Source: Acidobacteriota bacterium
GTDB lineage: Bacteria > Acidobacteriota > UBA6911 > JACQSX01
Direction: 5' to 3'
Length of the DNA: 64,000 nucleotides
Assembly: GCA_036507075.1 (NCBI GenBank)
Contig: DASXQR010000010.1
Coordinates: forward strand, 31,628-95,627
Shown: in pieces, positions 1 to 9,681 of the stretch
Layout: each line of letters starts with the position of its first letter
How positions within the stretch are numbered: the first letter of the stretch is position 1
The notes under the pieces: model-generated
The model's input: only the letters and a program-made list of their open reading frames with translations
The model's database searches: none
Told to the model about the DNA's origin: nothing
Program-made: the position numbers and the translations under genes

Positions 1-411
1 TTGATTGCGTGAGTCAATTCCTCCCGGCTAGAAGGTCGGTTTCGGCCCACAGTGGGGCGAATTCAAGCTTCCAGTAGTCGCTTTGGAATTTGGGGTACAC
101 TTCGAGGGCTTGCCAGCCAACCTGCAGCTTGATAGCGCCTTTCGCGAGAAACTCGCGAGTTCGGTCAATGTTCCCGGCGGGGTCTGCAGGCACGATGATT
201 CCCGACATGACGAGTTGCAGCTCGTTAGTGCAAGACACCAAGCAGGGAGGCCGAATCGGAGGAGGTGGAATGGAAATGCTTGGATCAAAATCGAGACTGG
301 CCATGATTACCAGCATAATTGTCCGCTACGACCTCGGCACCGAGGGCGCTACCAAGATTCGAGCGGCGGCGATCGACTCCGGCTTGACAGAACTGGCTCC
401 GAAGTTCTCGA

Positions 412-733
412 GCCTCTACATACATCGCCGTTTTGCGTGCTCTAAGTTCTTGCGGCAGACGTTTCACGAACATGCAGAACAATCCATCAGCCAGTCCACT
501 TGGGCACGAGCCTTCTATCAACTGCAAAAAGCAGAGGCAAGGGCTATCATGCAGCCGTTCGGGCGTTCGCTTTTAAATGGATCCGGATTATTTTTCACTG
601 CTGGAAAGACAGCACCCTTTACAACGAGGAGCAGTACCTGCAGGCACTGCGTCGCAGAAACTCACCGCTGGTCCCGCTGCGGCAGGCGAGTGCTTAACTA
701 AAAAAACTATTGACTAAAACACCTCAGATGTCT
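412..733 (+). mobile_element. IS110-family insertion sequence remnant (3' part of transposase, frameshifted, plus short right end)
   Basis: IHRRFACSKFLRQTFHEHAEQS..WARAFY (frame of 90..701) continues as SRGKGYHAAVRAFAFKWIRIIFHCWKD..Y.E..YL..L (frame of 500..697), a typical IS110 transposase C-terminus. One A appears missing in the A-run at 526-530. Right end has TTGACT (710-715) then CACCTCAGATGTCT. Confidence 0.8.
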
Positions 734-750
734 GGATGCAATTGTTAGGC
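732..750 (-). other. attC site, left half only (R'' and start of L''), interrupted by IS110
   Basis: Minus strand GCCTAAC AATTG CATCCAG directly after the cassette stop codon, then IS end sequence. GCGCCTAAC is near-complementary to the cassette start GTTAGACGC at 1266-1258. Confidence 0.7.
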
Positions 751-1191
751 GCGTCGTGAATATAGCATCCGGCCCCGTTCGCTGAACGTGAACCAGGTCA
801 AATAGATCCCCAATAGCAAGCCACCAGGAAGATAGTAAACCTGTGCAGAACAAATATAGAACAGGAGCGATGATTGCCATTCTAGATCGGCAATTGGGAC
901 TCGGCTGCTGTAAGTTTTAAGCTGCTTAAGTAGAGCAAGCGTCTGTAAGAATGGCAGCGCGATTCCAGCCCACCTAACCCAGCCCTTGCGGCGCAGCAAG
1001 CCGCTGCCAATGACCAGCATGGGAAGAGGCGATGTAAACGCAATGACAAAGATCAGTAGTAAGGGTGTCTCGCCGCTTGCACCCTGGGAGTTCACCAATA
1101 CCACAAAGAAGAGAAATAACCCAGCCAACAGACTGTAAACAAGGTAGCACTTGGCCAGTAGATTGTTATGCCAAATAGTATTACGGTTCAT
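745..1191 (-). CDS. Hypothetical multi-pass membrane protein (integron cassette 4)
   Basis: 148-aa ORF with about 4 hydrophobic segments and lower GC. Stop codon lies inside attC R''. Confidence 0.7.
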   Translation of the reverse strand: MNRNTIWHNNLLAKCYLVYSLLAGLFLFFVVLVNSQGASGETPLLLIFVIAFTSPLPMLVIGSGLLRRKGWVRWAGIALPFLQTLALLKQLKTYSSRVPIADLEWQSSLLFYICSAQVYYLPGGLLLGIYLTWFTFSERGRMLYSRRA

Positions 1192-1259
1192 TTCAACACC
1201 GCCTCTTTTCCAGATCTCAGGATTAACTACTGTGCGTCAGGATATTGGTTAACAGAAGC

Positions 1260-1350
1260 GTCTAACGCCGAGGCATCAGCCGCGCGCCAGGAAAATCTGT
1301 CAGTCCAAGGGAATCGCGGTGGCGCGTCGGCTGCATGCCCGTGGTTAGCT
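1260..1350 (-). other. attC recombination site (complete)
   Basis: Minus strand AGCTAAC-CACGG-GCATGCAGCCGACGCGCC...GGCGCGCGGCTGATGC-CTCGGC-GTTAGAC: imperfect palindrome with R''/L''/L'/R' layout. Confidence 0.9.
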
Positions 1351-1370
1351 GGCGTCTCACTAGGCACGTC

Positions 1371-1667
1371 TCATGCCTGTACTAAATCCCATCTTCGAGC
1401 ACGGGCGGTCAACGCTTCGACAAATTGCGGCCAGTCGTGTAACGTGGCTGGATCAAAGTCGGCGCCACTGGGCCAAACCAATGTGTGAACCTCAGGATCA
1501 ATCCGAACCTGATTGAAGAGCGACAAGTCACGCAACGGTTTGTATAGCTCGCCTGCCAAAACCGGCTCCAAGTTGATCGTCTGCTCGGTATTGTCATCGA
1601 ATTGGACACGCACCGTGTAGGGCGCCACGATTTCAAACGACTCGACACGATAGATTGGGTGAATCAT
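1371..1667 (-). CDS. DUF2442 family antitoxin (DhiA-like)
   Basis: V.F.D.....I.L...L.G.LY.PL.D...F.QV.ID....TL.WP.GAD.DP.TL pattern; paired with an upstream DUF4160 gene. Confidence 0.9.
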   Translation of the reverse strand: MIHPIYRVESFEIVAPYTVRVQFDDNTEQTINLEPVLAGELYKPLRDLSLFNQVRIDPEVHTLVWPSGADFDPATLHDWPQFVEALTARARRWDLVQA

Positions 1668-1677
1668 TGCTTATCCG

Positions 1678-1947
1678 TTATTTGAGCGGGTCGATCGGTA
1701 AGGGCTTCCGGCCCACTTGCAACCTTTGCCAATCGGTGACTAATTCCGATTGGTGTAACTCCGCCCAAGCCTCAACTAAGCGTTGTTGCCGTTTGGGCAG
1801 TGAACCAGCGATCAACTCGATTGGATCAATGCTATAGATCCCCACACCCTCCTGATAGTACGCGTGAAAATGTGGTCTATGGTGTGGCGTCTCTGCCTCC
1901 GCATACATGCGAATAATGATACCGAAAAACCGGCTGATTTCTGGCAT
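1678..1947 (-). CDS. DUF4160 family toxin (DhiT-like)
   Basis: MPEISRFFGIIIRMY..HH.PHFHA.Y...G.LP.RQ.RLVEAWAELH..EL...W motif. Confidence 0.9.
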   Translation of the reverse strand: MPEISRFFGIIIRMYAEAETPHHRPHFHAYYQEGVGIYSIDPIELIAGSLPKRQQRLVEAWAELHQSELVTDWQRLQVGRKPLPIDPLK

Positions 1948-2021
1948 GCACGCATCTTATTGTTCAATGAAACGGCGAGAAACGCACTGGAAATCAATTG
2001 CCCGCCCAGGGACCGTGAGCC

Positions 2022-2106
2022 AGCTAACGCTCAGGCCCGCGCGCCAGGAAATCTATCAATCCCAGGGAATCGCGGTGGCGCGGCGGCTGCATGCCGGGGG
2101 TTAGGC
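2022..2106 (-). other. attC site with a 5-bp deletion in the L' arm
   Basis: Near copy of the 1260-1350 attC (GCCTAAC...GCATGCAGCCGCCGCGCCACCGCGATTCCC...GTTAGCT) but lacks CTGAT. R' GTTAGCTGGC is complementary to the next cassette's R'' GCCAGCTAAC. Confidence 0.85.
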
Positions 2107-2170
2107 GGTACAGCTGTCGAACAATCCCGGGCGTGATCAGCACGACATAAGAGCCAATCCGCCGTTCTGG

Positions 2171-2520
2171 TTAGGGTGTGTTAGTCCTTTGAATCCGAGT
2201 CAATCTCATGGACTTTGAAAACTCCAACATATAAATGGGCTCTCCGGTCTTCAGATTGCTTGTTTCAACGCCAGCTGGGGAAAAGACGACGAAGAGACCG
2301 TCACTATCGGGCGTGCTACTGTAGGCATCGTGTGGAACTGTTTCCTGGAAACTCTTGAAAGTCATACCCAACTGCAATGTCCTCCCGACCCATCGCTGTA
2401 CGCGCCGGCGATGCTTGTAGAGAACGTAGATGCCCCGCATCCCACGCGGAAGAGCGTTAACGTTCTCCATTGGAACGAATTCTTCACGGCGCTTGAGCCG
2501 AAGTGGACTTATGATCGCTT
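2171..2520 (-). pseudogene. Degenerate cassette gene: GIY-YIG-like nuclease N-terminus fused to unrelated sequence
   Basis: SPLRLKRREEFVPMENVNALPRGMRGIYVLYKHRR resembles GIY-YIG N-termini; no YIG motif follows. Confidence 0.45.
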
Positions 2521-2547
2521 TGATTTTCTCAGCAACCTCTCAGAGCC

Positions 2548-2588
2548 GCCCAACGCCCGGCATCAGCGGCGGCGCGGTTTGCCGTCCG
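2548..2588 (-). other. attC site, right half only (L', R')
   Basis: Minus strand CGGACGGCAAACCGCGCCGCCGCTGATGC-CGGGC-GTTGGGC. GTTGGGCGG pairs (one mismatch) with CCGCCTAAC at 2108-2100. Confidence 0.75.
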
Positions 2589-2726
2589 GGATTGAAGAGC
2601 TGCACAGATATCGGGCAAGCACACGGTGACGTGGAGAAGGCACCAGTACGCTTTGCCAGCACGACATCGGTTCATGTCTTCCCAGTAGATAGTAAAGGCG
2701 GAAGACAGCGTTCCTTTCTGCAACAT
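2589..2726 (-). pseudogene. Truncated first-cassette gene
   Basis: GAGG RBS then ATG just after the attI core. Reads LLHVTVCLPDICAALQS and runs straight into the half attC, implying a deletion of the gene 3' part and the attC left arm. Confidence 0.55.
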
Positions 2727-2742
2727 CTAGTTCCTCAGCGCC

Positions 2743-2775
2743 GCCTAACTTTAAGTAAATGTCGCAAATTATAAG
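2743..2775 (-). other. Probable attI site
   Basis: Minus strand ...ACATTTACTTAAAGTTAGGC, resembling the attI1 core AAAGTTRRRY. Located between the first cassette and the divergent intI, with no attC palindrome. Confidence 0.65.
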
Positions 2776-2895
2776 GCTATTACGCCGTGTAATCAACGTG
2801 GGACCCACAGTTCCAGTTGCAATCTATGAACGGATGCGGATAGATATACGGCGTGTGAAATTTTTTGGTGCCAGGCCTGGCGACGAAGTTTCTCT

Positions 2896-3111
2896 GTGCC
2901 TGAACTGCTGGAGCAGGCGCGCGATTTGATCCGCGTCAAACATTACAGTGTCGGGACCGATCAGGCGTACCTGCGATGGATCAGAGAATTCATAACGGTG
3001 CAGGAATTACTGGGGCACAAAGACGTCAGCACGACGATGATTTACACCCATGTTCTAAATAGAGGAGGGCATGGGGTTCGCAGTCCAATCGACTTAATTT
3101 CAAAGCTGTGA
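2896..3111 (+). pseudogene. intI: Integron integrase with a large in-frame internal deletion
   Basis: N-terminal [22 protein letters not shown] joined directly to C-terminal [31 protein letters not shown]; most of the catalytic domain is absent. Confidence 0.9.
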
Positions 3112-3139
3112 TCCAAACATCATGTCCGGGGAGATTTCA

Positions 3140-4837
3140 ATGAAGAAGTATTACCGCCTGCTTGGCTTCCTGCTTGCATTTCCTGCCGTATTGGGCTTTC
3201 TTGGCGCGCCGGAGAAGAAGGTTTATCCCTATCGCTGGGTGCGCGTCAGCAGCGGGCTGAGAGACGATGCGGAAGTCGAGCGCGTCCGCAAGATTGTCCA
3301 GGCGGCCTCCGGGCACGGGCTGAACGGGATCGCGCTTTCGGCGGGCCTGGATCAGCTCGATATGAAGCAGCCCGAATATTTTCGACGACTGGAGCAAGTG
3401 CGGCAGATATGCGCCGAGGCCAAAGTCGACGTCATTCCGTCGTTCATGTCGGCCGGATACGGCGGAGCCGTCCTGGCACACGACAAGAACCTGGCCGCCG
3501 GGCTTCCGGTGCGCGACGCGCTGTTCGTTGTTCATGAAGGCAAGGCCGATTTTGCCGCCGATCCGGCGGTGAATCTTGAAAACGGCGGTTTTGAAGGGAC
3601 AAAAGAGGGGCTGCCCATGTCATGGCGTGTGGCCCAGCCCGGGACCGCCTCGATTGATACGGCTGTTTTTCATGAAGGCAAATCCTCACTGCGATTCCAC
3701 AATCTGGAAGATCCAAGACAGCCGGCGCGCGTCAGCCAGACGGCGCGGGTCCGCCCCCACCGCTGCTACCGGGTCAGCTTCTGGATCCGCACCGAAAGCC
3801 TCGGCGCGTCGGATCCTTTCGGCTCGGGCAACGTCCAGCTCGATGTGCTGGGAGGCGAGGAGAAACGCCCGCTTCAGTACGAAAATCCGCGTTTTCCCAA
3901 CGACGATCAGTGGCACCGCGTCGCAGTCGGATTCAACAGTTGGGGATATGACAGGGCCGACATCTCGCCGAAAGTCCGGGGCAGCAAAGGCGGCACAGTC
4001 TGGATAGACGATTTGCGAGTCGAAGAAGCCGGCCTGGTTAATCTGCTGCGCCGCGCAGGGACTCCGCTCGTGGTCCGCGGCGAATCGAACAGCACCGTGT
4101 ATGAAGAGGGGCGCGATTTTGCGCCGGTGTCTGACCAACGGCTGAATTTCCGATACGACCATGACGGGCCATCCATTCAGATTCTCCCGGGCAGCCGCAT
4201 CGTGGAAGGAGAGCGCCTGCGCGTCAGTTTTTTCCACGGAACAAACATTTACAACGGCCAGACTCCGGTATGCATGTCCGAGCCCAGGCTGTACGAAATC
4301 TGGCGCACCCAGGCGCGCCTGGTACATCAGGCGCTCGCGCCGGGAAAGTACCTTCTCAATATGGATGAGATCCGTACCGGAGGATCGTGCGAGGCGTGCA
4401 AAAAGCGAGGCGCGACGATGGGCCAGATCCTGGGCGACTGCCTCACAAAACAGGTCAATCTGCTGCGGGAAGTGAATCCGAAAGCGGAGATTTTTGTCTG
4501 GTCGGACATGCTCGATCCCAATCACAACGCCAATCCAAACAAGAAGTACTATTACCTGGCGGAAGGGATTTTCACCGATTCATGGAAGCATGTCCCCAAA
4601 GACTTGAACATCGTCTGCTGGTATTACGAGAAACGGGCCGAGAGCCTGCGACATTTCTCGAACCTCGGCTTTCGCACCGTTGCGGGCGCGTATTACGACG
4701 CCGATAATCTCGACAACCCGCGCGGCTGGCTCGAATCGCTCGACGCGACTCCCGGAGCGGCGGGAATCATGTATACCACCTGGTTGAACAAATACGATCT
4801 GCTGCCCGGGTTTGGCGATCTTGTTTCGGGCCGCTGA
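3140..4837 (+). CDS. Secreted putative glycoside hydrolase (GH20-like barrel) with inserted carbohydrate-binding module
   Basis: Signal peptide; NGGFE...W..D CBM4/9-like segment; MDEIR, WSDML and W.Y motifs. Confidence 0.6.
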   Translation: MKKYYRLLGFLLAFPAVLGFLGAPEKKVYPYRWVRVSSGLRDDAEVERVRKIVQAASGHGLNGIALSAGLDQLDMKQPEYFRRLEQVRQICAEAKVDVIPSFMSAGYGGAVLAHDKNLAAGLPVRDALFVVHEGKADFAADPAVNLENGGFEGTKEGLPMSWRVAQPGTASIDTAVFHEGKSSLRFHNLEDPRQPARVSQTARVRPHRCYRVSFWIRTESLGASDPFGSGNVQLDVLGGEEKRPLQYENPRFPNDDQWHRVAVGFNSWGYDRADISPKVRGSKGGTVWIDDLRVEEAGLVNLLRRAGTPLVVRGESNSTVYEEGRDFAPVSDQRLNFRYDHDGPSIQILPGSRIVEGERLRVSFFHGTNIYNGQTPVCMSEPRLYEIWRTQARLVHQALAPGKYLLNMDEIRTGGSCEACKKRGATMGQILGDCLTKQVNLLREVNPKAEIFVWSDMLDPNHNANPNKKYYYLAEGIFTDSWKHVPKDLNIVCWYYEKRAESLRHFSNLGFRTVAGAYYDADNLDNPRGWLESLDATPGAAGIMYTTWLNKYDLLPGFGDLVSGR

Positions 4838-5128
4838 TTTGCGCGGAATTGCGCGGATTGATATCGGCCGCCGATTTACGCGGAATTGCGCGGATTGATA
4901 TCGGCCGCCGATTTGCGCGGACTGCGCGGATTGATATCGGCCGCCGATTTACGCGGAATTGCGCGGATTGATATTGGCCGCCGATTTGCGCGGACTGCGC
5001 GGATTGATATCGGCCGCTGATTTGCGCGGACTGCGCGGATTGATATCGGCCGCCGATTTACGCGGAATTGCGCGGATTGATATCGGCCGCGGATTTGCGC
5101 GAAATGCGCGGATTGACATCAGGCCGCT
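4836..5128. repeat. Tandem repeat, about 8 copies of a 36-37 bp unit
   Basis: GATTT(G/A)CGCGGA(AT/C)TGCGCGGATTGATATCGGCCGCC head-to-tail with no spacers. Confidence 0.95.
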
Positions 5129-5182
5129 GCGCCTTGAAAACCACCGTCGCCTGCGGTAACCTCGACCCACTTGGAGAATTTG

Positions 5183-6457
5183 ATGACGCATCTAAAGCGG
5201 ACTTTAGAACAGATTGACCCGCAAGTGGCCGAGGCCATTGCCAATGAAGCGCGCCGGCAACACACGCATCTGGAATTGATCGCCTCAGAGAATTTCGTCT
5301 CCGAGGCGGTGCTGCAGGCGATGGGCTCTGTGTTCACAAACAAGTACGCCGAAGGATTGCCGGGTAAGCGTTATTACGGAGGATGCGAATTCACCGACAT
5401 TGTCGAGTCGCTGGCGATCGAGCGCGCAAAGCGGCTCTTCGGCGCCGATCACGCCAACGTTCAGGCGCATGCGGGAAGCCAGGCCAATATGGCGGTATAT
5501 CTTGCGGCCCTGCAGCCGGGCGACAAGGTGCTGGGAATGAATTTGTCGCACGGCGGCCACCTCACTCACGGCCACCCCCTGAACTTCTCCGGAAAAATGT
5601 TCCAGATTGTTCCCTACGGCGTCAGCCGCGAGACCGAAACGATTGATTACGAAGCGCTGCAGCTTCTGGCCGAACGGGAAAAACCTAAGATGATCATCAC
5701 CGGCGCCAGCGCTTACTCAAGGACCATCGATTTCAAAAGAGTGGGCGAGATCGCCCGCTCGGCAGGCGCCGTTCACATGTCCGATATCGCTCATATCGCG
5801 GGACTGGTAGCAACCGGCCTGCATCCCAGTCCGATACCGCACGCCGAGTTTGTCACCACCACCACGCATAAGACGCTGCGCGGTCCCCGCGGAGGCCTGG
5901 TCCTGTGCCAGGCATCTCGCGCCAAGGAACTCGATAAAGTAGTATTTCCCGGAATTCAAGGCGGCCCGCTGGTTCACATTATTGCCGCCAAGGCGGTCTG
6001 CCTTCAGGAAGCTCTGCAGCCTGAGTTCAAGACCTATCAGCAGCAAGTGATGCGAAACGCGGCTACCCTGGCCCGCGTCGTCGCTTCCCGGGGATTCCGG
6101 ATTGTTTCCGGAGGCACGGACAATCACCTGCTGTTGGTGGATGTGTTCGCGCGTGGAATCACGGGCAAACAGGCGGAAGAAACTTTGGAGCACGCCAATA
6201 TTACGGTCAACAAGAACACCATTCCTTTTGAAACAAATTCGCCTTTTGTGGCCAGCGGGATTCGAATCGGATCACCGGCGCTCACGACCCGAGGAATGAA
6301 GGAAGCTGAGATGGAGCTGATCGGCGAGTGGATCGCCTATGTGCTGGAGGATATTCAGGACGAGGCGCGGCAGCGAAGGGTGAAGGAAAAAGTACTGCAG
6401 CTTACCGACCGTTTTCCGCTGTATCTCTCGCGCCAGCAGGTGGTCGGTAAGATATAG
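5183..6457 (+). CDS. glyA: Serine hydroxymethyltransferase
   Basis: [28 protein letters not shown] and [14 protein letters not shown] motifs. Confidence 0.98.
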   Translation: MTHLKRTLEQIDPQVAEAIANEARRQHTHLELIASENFVSEAVLQAMGSVFTNKYAEGLPGKRYYGGCEFTDIVESLAIERAKRLFGADHANVQAHAGSQANMAVYLAALQPGDKVLGMNLSHGGHLTHGHPLNFSGKMFQIVPYGVSRETETIDYEALQLLAEREKPKMIITGASAYSRTIDFKRVGEIARSAGAVHMSDIAHIAGLVATGLHPSPIPHAEFVTTTTHKTLRGPRGGLVLCQASRAKELDKVVFPGIQGGPLVHIIAAKAVCLQEALQPEFKTYQQQVMRNAATLARVVASRGFRIVSGGTDNHLLLVDVFARGITGKQAEETLEHANITVNKNTIPFETNSPFVASGIRIGSPALTTRGMKEAEMELIGEWIAYVLEDIQDEARQRRVKEKVLQLTDRFPLYLSRQQVVGKI

Positions 6458-6530
6458 CTTTTCCTTTGTGTTCTTTGTGTCTTTGTGGTGAATCAATTTC
6501 TCACCACAAAGACACAAAGGGCACAAAAGA
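6458..6530. repeat. Inverted pair of 9-bp-period triplet repeat
   Basis: CTTTGTGTTCTTTGTGTCTTTGTGGTGA / TCACCACAAAGACACAAAGGGCACAAAAG. Confidence 0.85.
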
Positions 6531-6538
6531 TATTACAC

Positions 6539-8437
6539 ATGGATTTCAAATCAATCTTCGGCCCGCGGGGGACTCTGGCCCGCCACCACCCGCATTACGA
6601 ATACCGCCCCAGCCAGGCGACCATGGCCGAAGCCGTCGACGCCGCGATTCACGGCCCGCATCATCTTTGCGTGGAAGCCGGCACCGGCATCGGAAAAAGC
6701 ATTGCCTATCTGCTCCCTGCCATTGGCACGCACAAGCGCACCATCATCAGCACCGCCACCCGGGCGCTCCAGGAACAGCTCTTCTTCAAAGACATCCCCC
6801 TGCTGCGGCAGATTGCGGGCGCCGAGATTAAAGCAATATATATGAAGGGGCGGAACAACTATCTGTGCCTCAAAAAGCTGGAGACACATCTACAAAACCC
6901 GGAACTCCTGCCTGGAGATCGCGGCGAACAGATCGACGCGATCGGCGACTGGGCGCAGAAGACCGCCACAGGGGACCGGGCCGAGCTTGACTTTCTGCGC
7001 GACGACGATCCGGTATGGCGGCAACTGGACGCCCGGCGCGAGACCTGCCTGGGGCAGAAGTGCTCGCACTTTGAAGCGTGCTATATCACCCGGCTTCGCC
7101 AGGACGCGCTCGCCTCGGATCTGATTGTTGTCAACCACGCGCTTTTCTTTGCCGATCTGGCTTTGCGGCGCCAGGGTACGGCCGGCGTTCTGCCTGATTA
7201 TGCAACCGTGATATTTGACGAGGCCCATGAGATTGAAGACGTGGCGACTTCGTTCTTCGGCCGGCAGGTGAGCAGCTACCGATTTGAAGATTTCGAGCGA
7301 GACGTGATTCGCTCCTTTCAGAAGCATCCCGCGATCCTGCGTTATAGCCCCAAGCTGTTTGAAGCTGCGCGCTGGTTTTTTGACCTCTTCGCGGTATTTC
7401 ACAACGATCAGCGCCAAAGCATCGGGCTTCTGGCGCGCCGGCCTGACTTCATCCGGCTGGCTGCGGCCGTGGATGAATTGCTGCAGCTTTTCATTTCAAT
7501 GGCTGGAAAACTGGGAAGCCGCGACGATGAGCAGGACGCGCTGCTGGACCGCGCCCAGGAACTGCGGTCCGATTTTTCTTTCATCAGCTCGGCCGCCGAT
7601 CCGGCTTACGTCTACTGGATTGATAAAAGGCACCGTGGGGTTTTCCTCAATGCTTCACCCATCGACCTGGCTCCCATCCTTACCGAATGTCTTTTCAGCA
7701 AGACTCACAGCGTGATTTTGACATCGGCCACTCTCACCGCCGGCGGCAGTTTCCGCTATCTGCGGGAGCGACTGGGCATTACCCAGTCAGAAGAACTGGT
7801 TTTGGAATCCGAATATGATCTGAACGCGCAGGCGGTGCTTTACATTCCGCCTCTGCCCGATCCACGCCAGGTGCAATTTGTCGAGACGGCTTGCGAAGCA
7901 ATCGAGCAATTGCTCGAAATCTCGGAAGGACGCGCCTTCCTCCTCTTCACCAGCTTTGCCCAGATGGAGAAATGCTACGACAGACTGGCTCCGCTGCTGA
8001 GGTTCCCGTTGTTGAAGCAGGGGGACTTCCCGAAAAAAGTGCTGCTGGAGAGATTCCGACAAACGCCCTCTTCGGTGCTCTTTGCCACGGCCAGCTTCTG
8101 GCAGGGAGTCGACGTGCAGGGCGATGCTCTCAGTTGTGTTGTGATTGACAAGCTGCCTTTTGCCGTTCCCACCGATCCCATCGTTTCGGCCAGGTACCGT
8201 CTTCTTGAGCAGCAGGGGAGAAACGCATTCGAGGAATACAGCGTGCCCCAGGCCGTAATCCTGCTAAAGCAGGGCCTTGGACGGCTGATCCGCAGCAAAC
8301 AGGACCGCGGAATCTTGTCAATTCTGGACAACAGGATTCTCACCAAAAGTTACGGCCGCCACTTCCTCGAGAGCTTGCCAAAGTGCCCTCTTACCGATAA
8401 CATTGAAAACTTGAGAAACTTTTTCGACATCAAGTAA
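6539..8437 (+). CDS. DinG/YoaA family ATP-dependent DNA helicase
   Basis: EAGTGIGKS, KGR.NYLC, Fe-S cysteines, DEAH, SATL and QGLGRLIRS motifs. Confidence 0.95.
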   Translation: MDFKSIFGPRGTLARHHPHYEYRPSQATMAEAVDAAIHGPHHLCVEAGTGIGKSIAYLLPAIGTHKRTIISTATRALQEQLFFKDIPLLRQIAGAEIKAIYMKGRNNYLCLKKLETHLQNPELLPGDRGEQIDAIGDWAQKTATGDRAELDFLRDDDPVWRQLDARRETCLGQKCSHFEACYITRLRQDALASDLIVVNHALFFADLALRRQGTAGVLPDYATVIFDEAHEIEDVATSFFGRQVSSYRFEDFERDVIRSFQKHPAILRYSPKLFEAARWFFDLFAVFHNDQRQSIGLLARRPDFIRLAAAVDELLQLFISMAGKLGSRDDEQDALLDRAQELRSDFSFISSAADPAYVYWIDKRHRGVFLNASPIDLAPILTECLFSKTHSVILTSATLTAGGSFRYLRERLGITQSEELVLESEYDLNAQAVLYIPPLPDPRQVQFVETACEAIEQLLEISEGRAFLLFTSFAQMEKCYDRLAPLLRFPLLKQGDFPKKVLLERFRQTPSSVLFATASFWQGVDVQGDALSCVVIDKLPFAVPTDPIVSARYRLLEQQGRNAFEEYSVPQAVILLKQGLGRLIRSKQDRGILSILDNRILTKSYGRHFLESLPKCPLTDNIENLRNFFDIK

Positions 8438-8530
8438 TCATTGCAATTGGCGGAGTGTGTGTCTGCCCTTCCGCGCCCCGGTTTGACGCGTGAAAACACA
8501 ATCTTCGGATTAGCTTCAGAGGGAAATAAC

Positions 8531-9559
8531 ATGAATACATTATCCAGAAAGATCTCCTTTTTGGTGTCAGCGGCGCTGTTCCTGGCCATTTCGGTTCCGG
8601 CGTTCGGACAGGTTCGCGGCATCAAAGGGAAAGTAGTGGACGAAGAGGGTAAGCCGATTGTCGGCGCCAAAGTGACGATCGAAGGCATCGATATCAAGCG
8701 CAATTACTCGACCAAGACGGACAAAAAGGGCGAGTACATTCACATGGGCCTGACCTTCGGGAAATACAGAGTGGGCATCGAGGCGGAGGGATTCCAACCC
8801 GACATGGTTTCCGGCATCACTCCGGCGGTGGGCGAGCCTACGGTCGCCGATTTTCAGTTAAAGAAGGGGAGCGGCAAACTCGCGCTCGGAATGACAGACG
8901 AGCAAAAGAAAAAAATGGCGGCCGAACAGGAAGAGGCCAAAAAGCAGGCCGCAGCGGCGGAAGCAGTAAAGACCGATTTCCAGGCCGGTATTGCCGCCTC
9001 CCAGGCGGGCAAGCTGGATGAAGCGGTTGATCTCTTCAAGAAGGCGATCGAGAAAGATCCAAGCCAGCCTTATGTTTGGGCCAATCTGGCAGACACTTAT
9101 GGAAAACAAAAGAAGTATCCCGAAGCCATCGAAGCCTTCAACAAGGCAATCAGTCTGAAGCCGGATGACTCTGCGCTGATCCAGAATCTTGGCAACATCT
9201 ATGCCGCCAGCGGTGACACCGCGAAAGCTCAGGAGCAATACAACAAGGCGGCCAGCATGGCTACCGCTTCGGCAGCCGCAGGAGGGAGCGGGAACGCGGC
9301 GGTCAGCTATTACAACCTGGGAGTCACCATGGTGAATGCCGGCAAGTCTCAGGAAGCAATCGACGCCTTTACCAAGTCGATCTCCGCCGATCCCACGTAC
9401 GCCGAAGCTCACTACCAACTGGGCATCGCCTACATCAGTATCAGTAAGAACGATGATGGCGTGAAAGCGCTCAAGGAATACATAAAGCTGGTATCCACCG
9501 GCCAGAATGCCGACACGGCCAAATTGCTGATTCAGGAACTGGGTAAAACGAAGAAGTAG
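8531..9559 (+). CDS. Secreted TPR protein with N-terminal carboxypeptidase-regulatory-like domain
   Basis: Signal peptide, G.V.D..GKPI.GA.V, multiple TPR repeats. Confidence 0.85.
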   Translation: MNTLSRKISFLVSAALFLAISVPAFGQVRGIKGKVVDEEGKPIVGAKVTIEGIDIKRNYSTKTDKKGEYIHMGLTFGKYRVGIEAEGFQPDMVSGITPAVGEPTVADFQLKKGSGKLALGMTDEQKKKMAAEQEEAKKQAAAAEAVKTDFQAGIAASQAGKLDEAVDLFKKAIEKDPSQPYVWANLADTYGKQKKYPEAIEAFNKAISLKPDDSALIQNLGNIYAASGDTAKAQEQYNKAASMATASAAAGGSGNAAVSYYNLGVTMVNAGKSQEAIDAFTKSISADPTYAEAHYQLGIAYISISKNDDGVKALKEYIKLVSTGQNADTAKLLIQELGKTKK

Positions 9560-9681
9560 CGGGTGATCCGTTGTCCGTGGTCAGTTGTCCGTGGCCAGAG
9601 GGTTTGAGTCAGTTGAGACTCGAAGGGTCAGCAGGGAATAGGTCCCGCGGTCAGGGTACAAGGCATCATCATTCCTTCACC

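Noticed and set aside
1..411. Short ORFs at the window start, including a GGAGGAGG-led frame fused to the IS110 tail
   Set aside because: No recognisable family or attC; cannot be supported from the sequence alone.
4836..5128. CRISPR array
   Set aside because: Units are head-to-tail with no unique spacers, and no cas genes are nearby.
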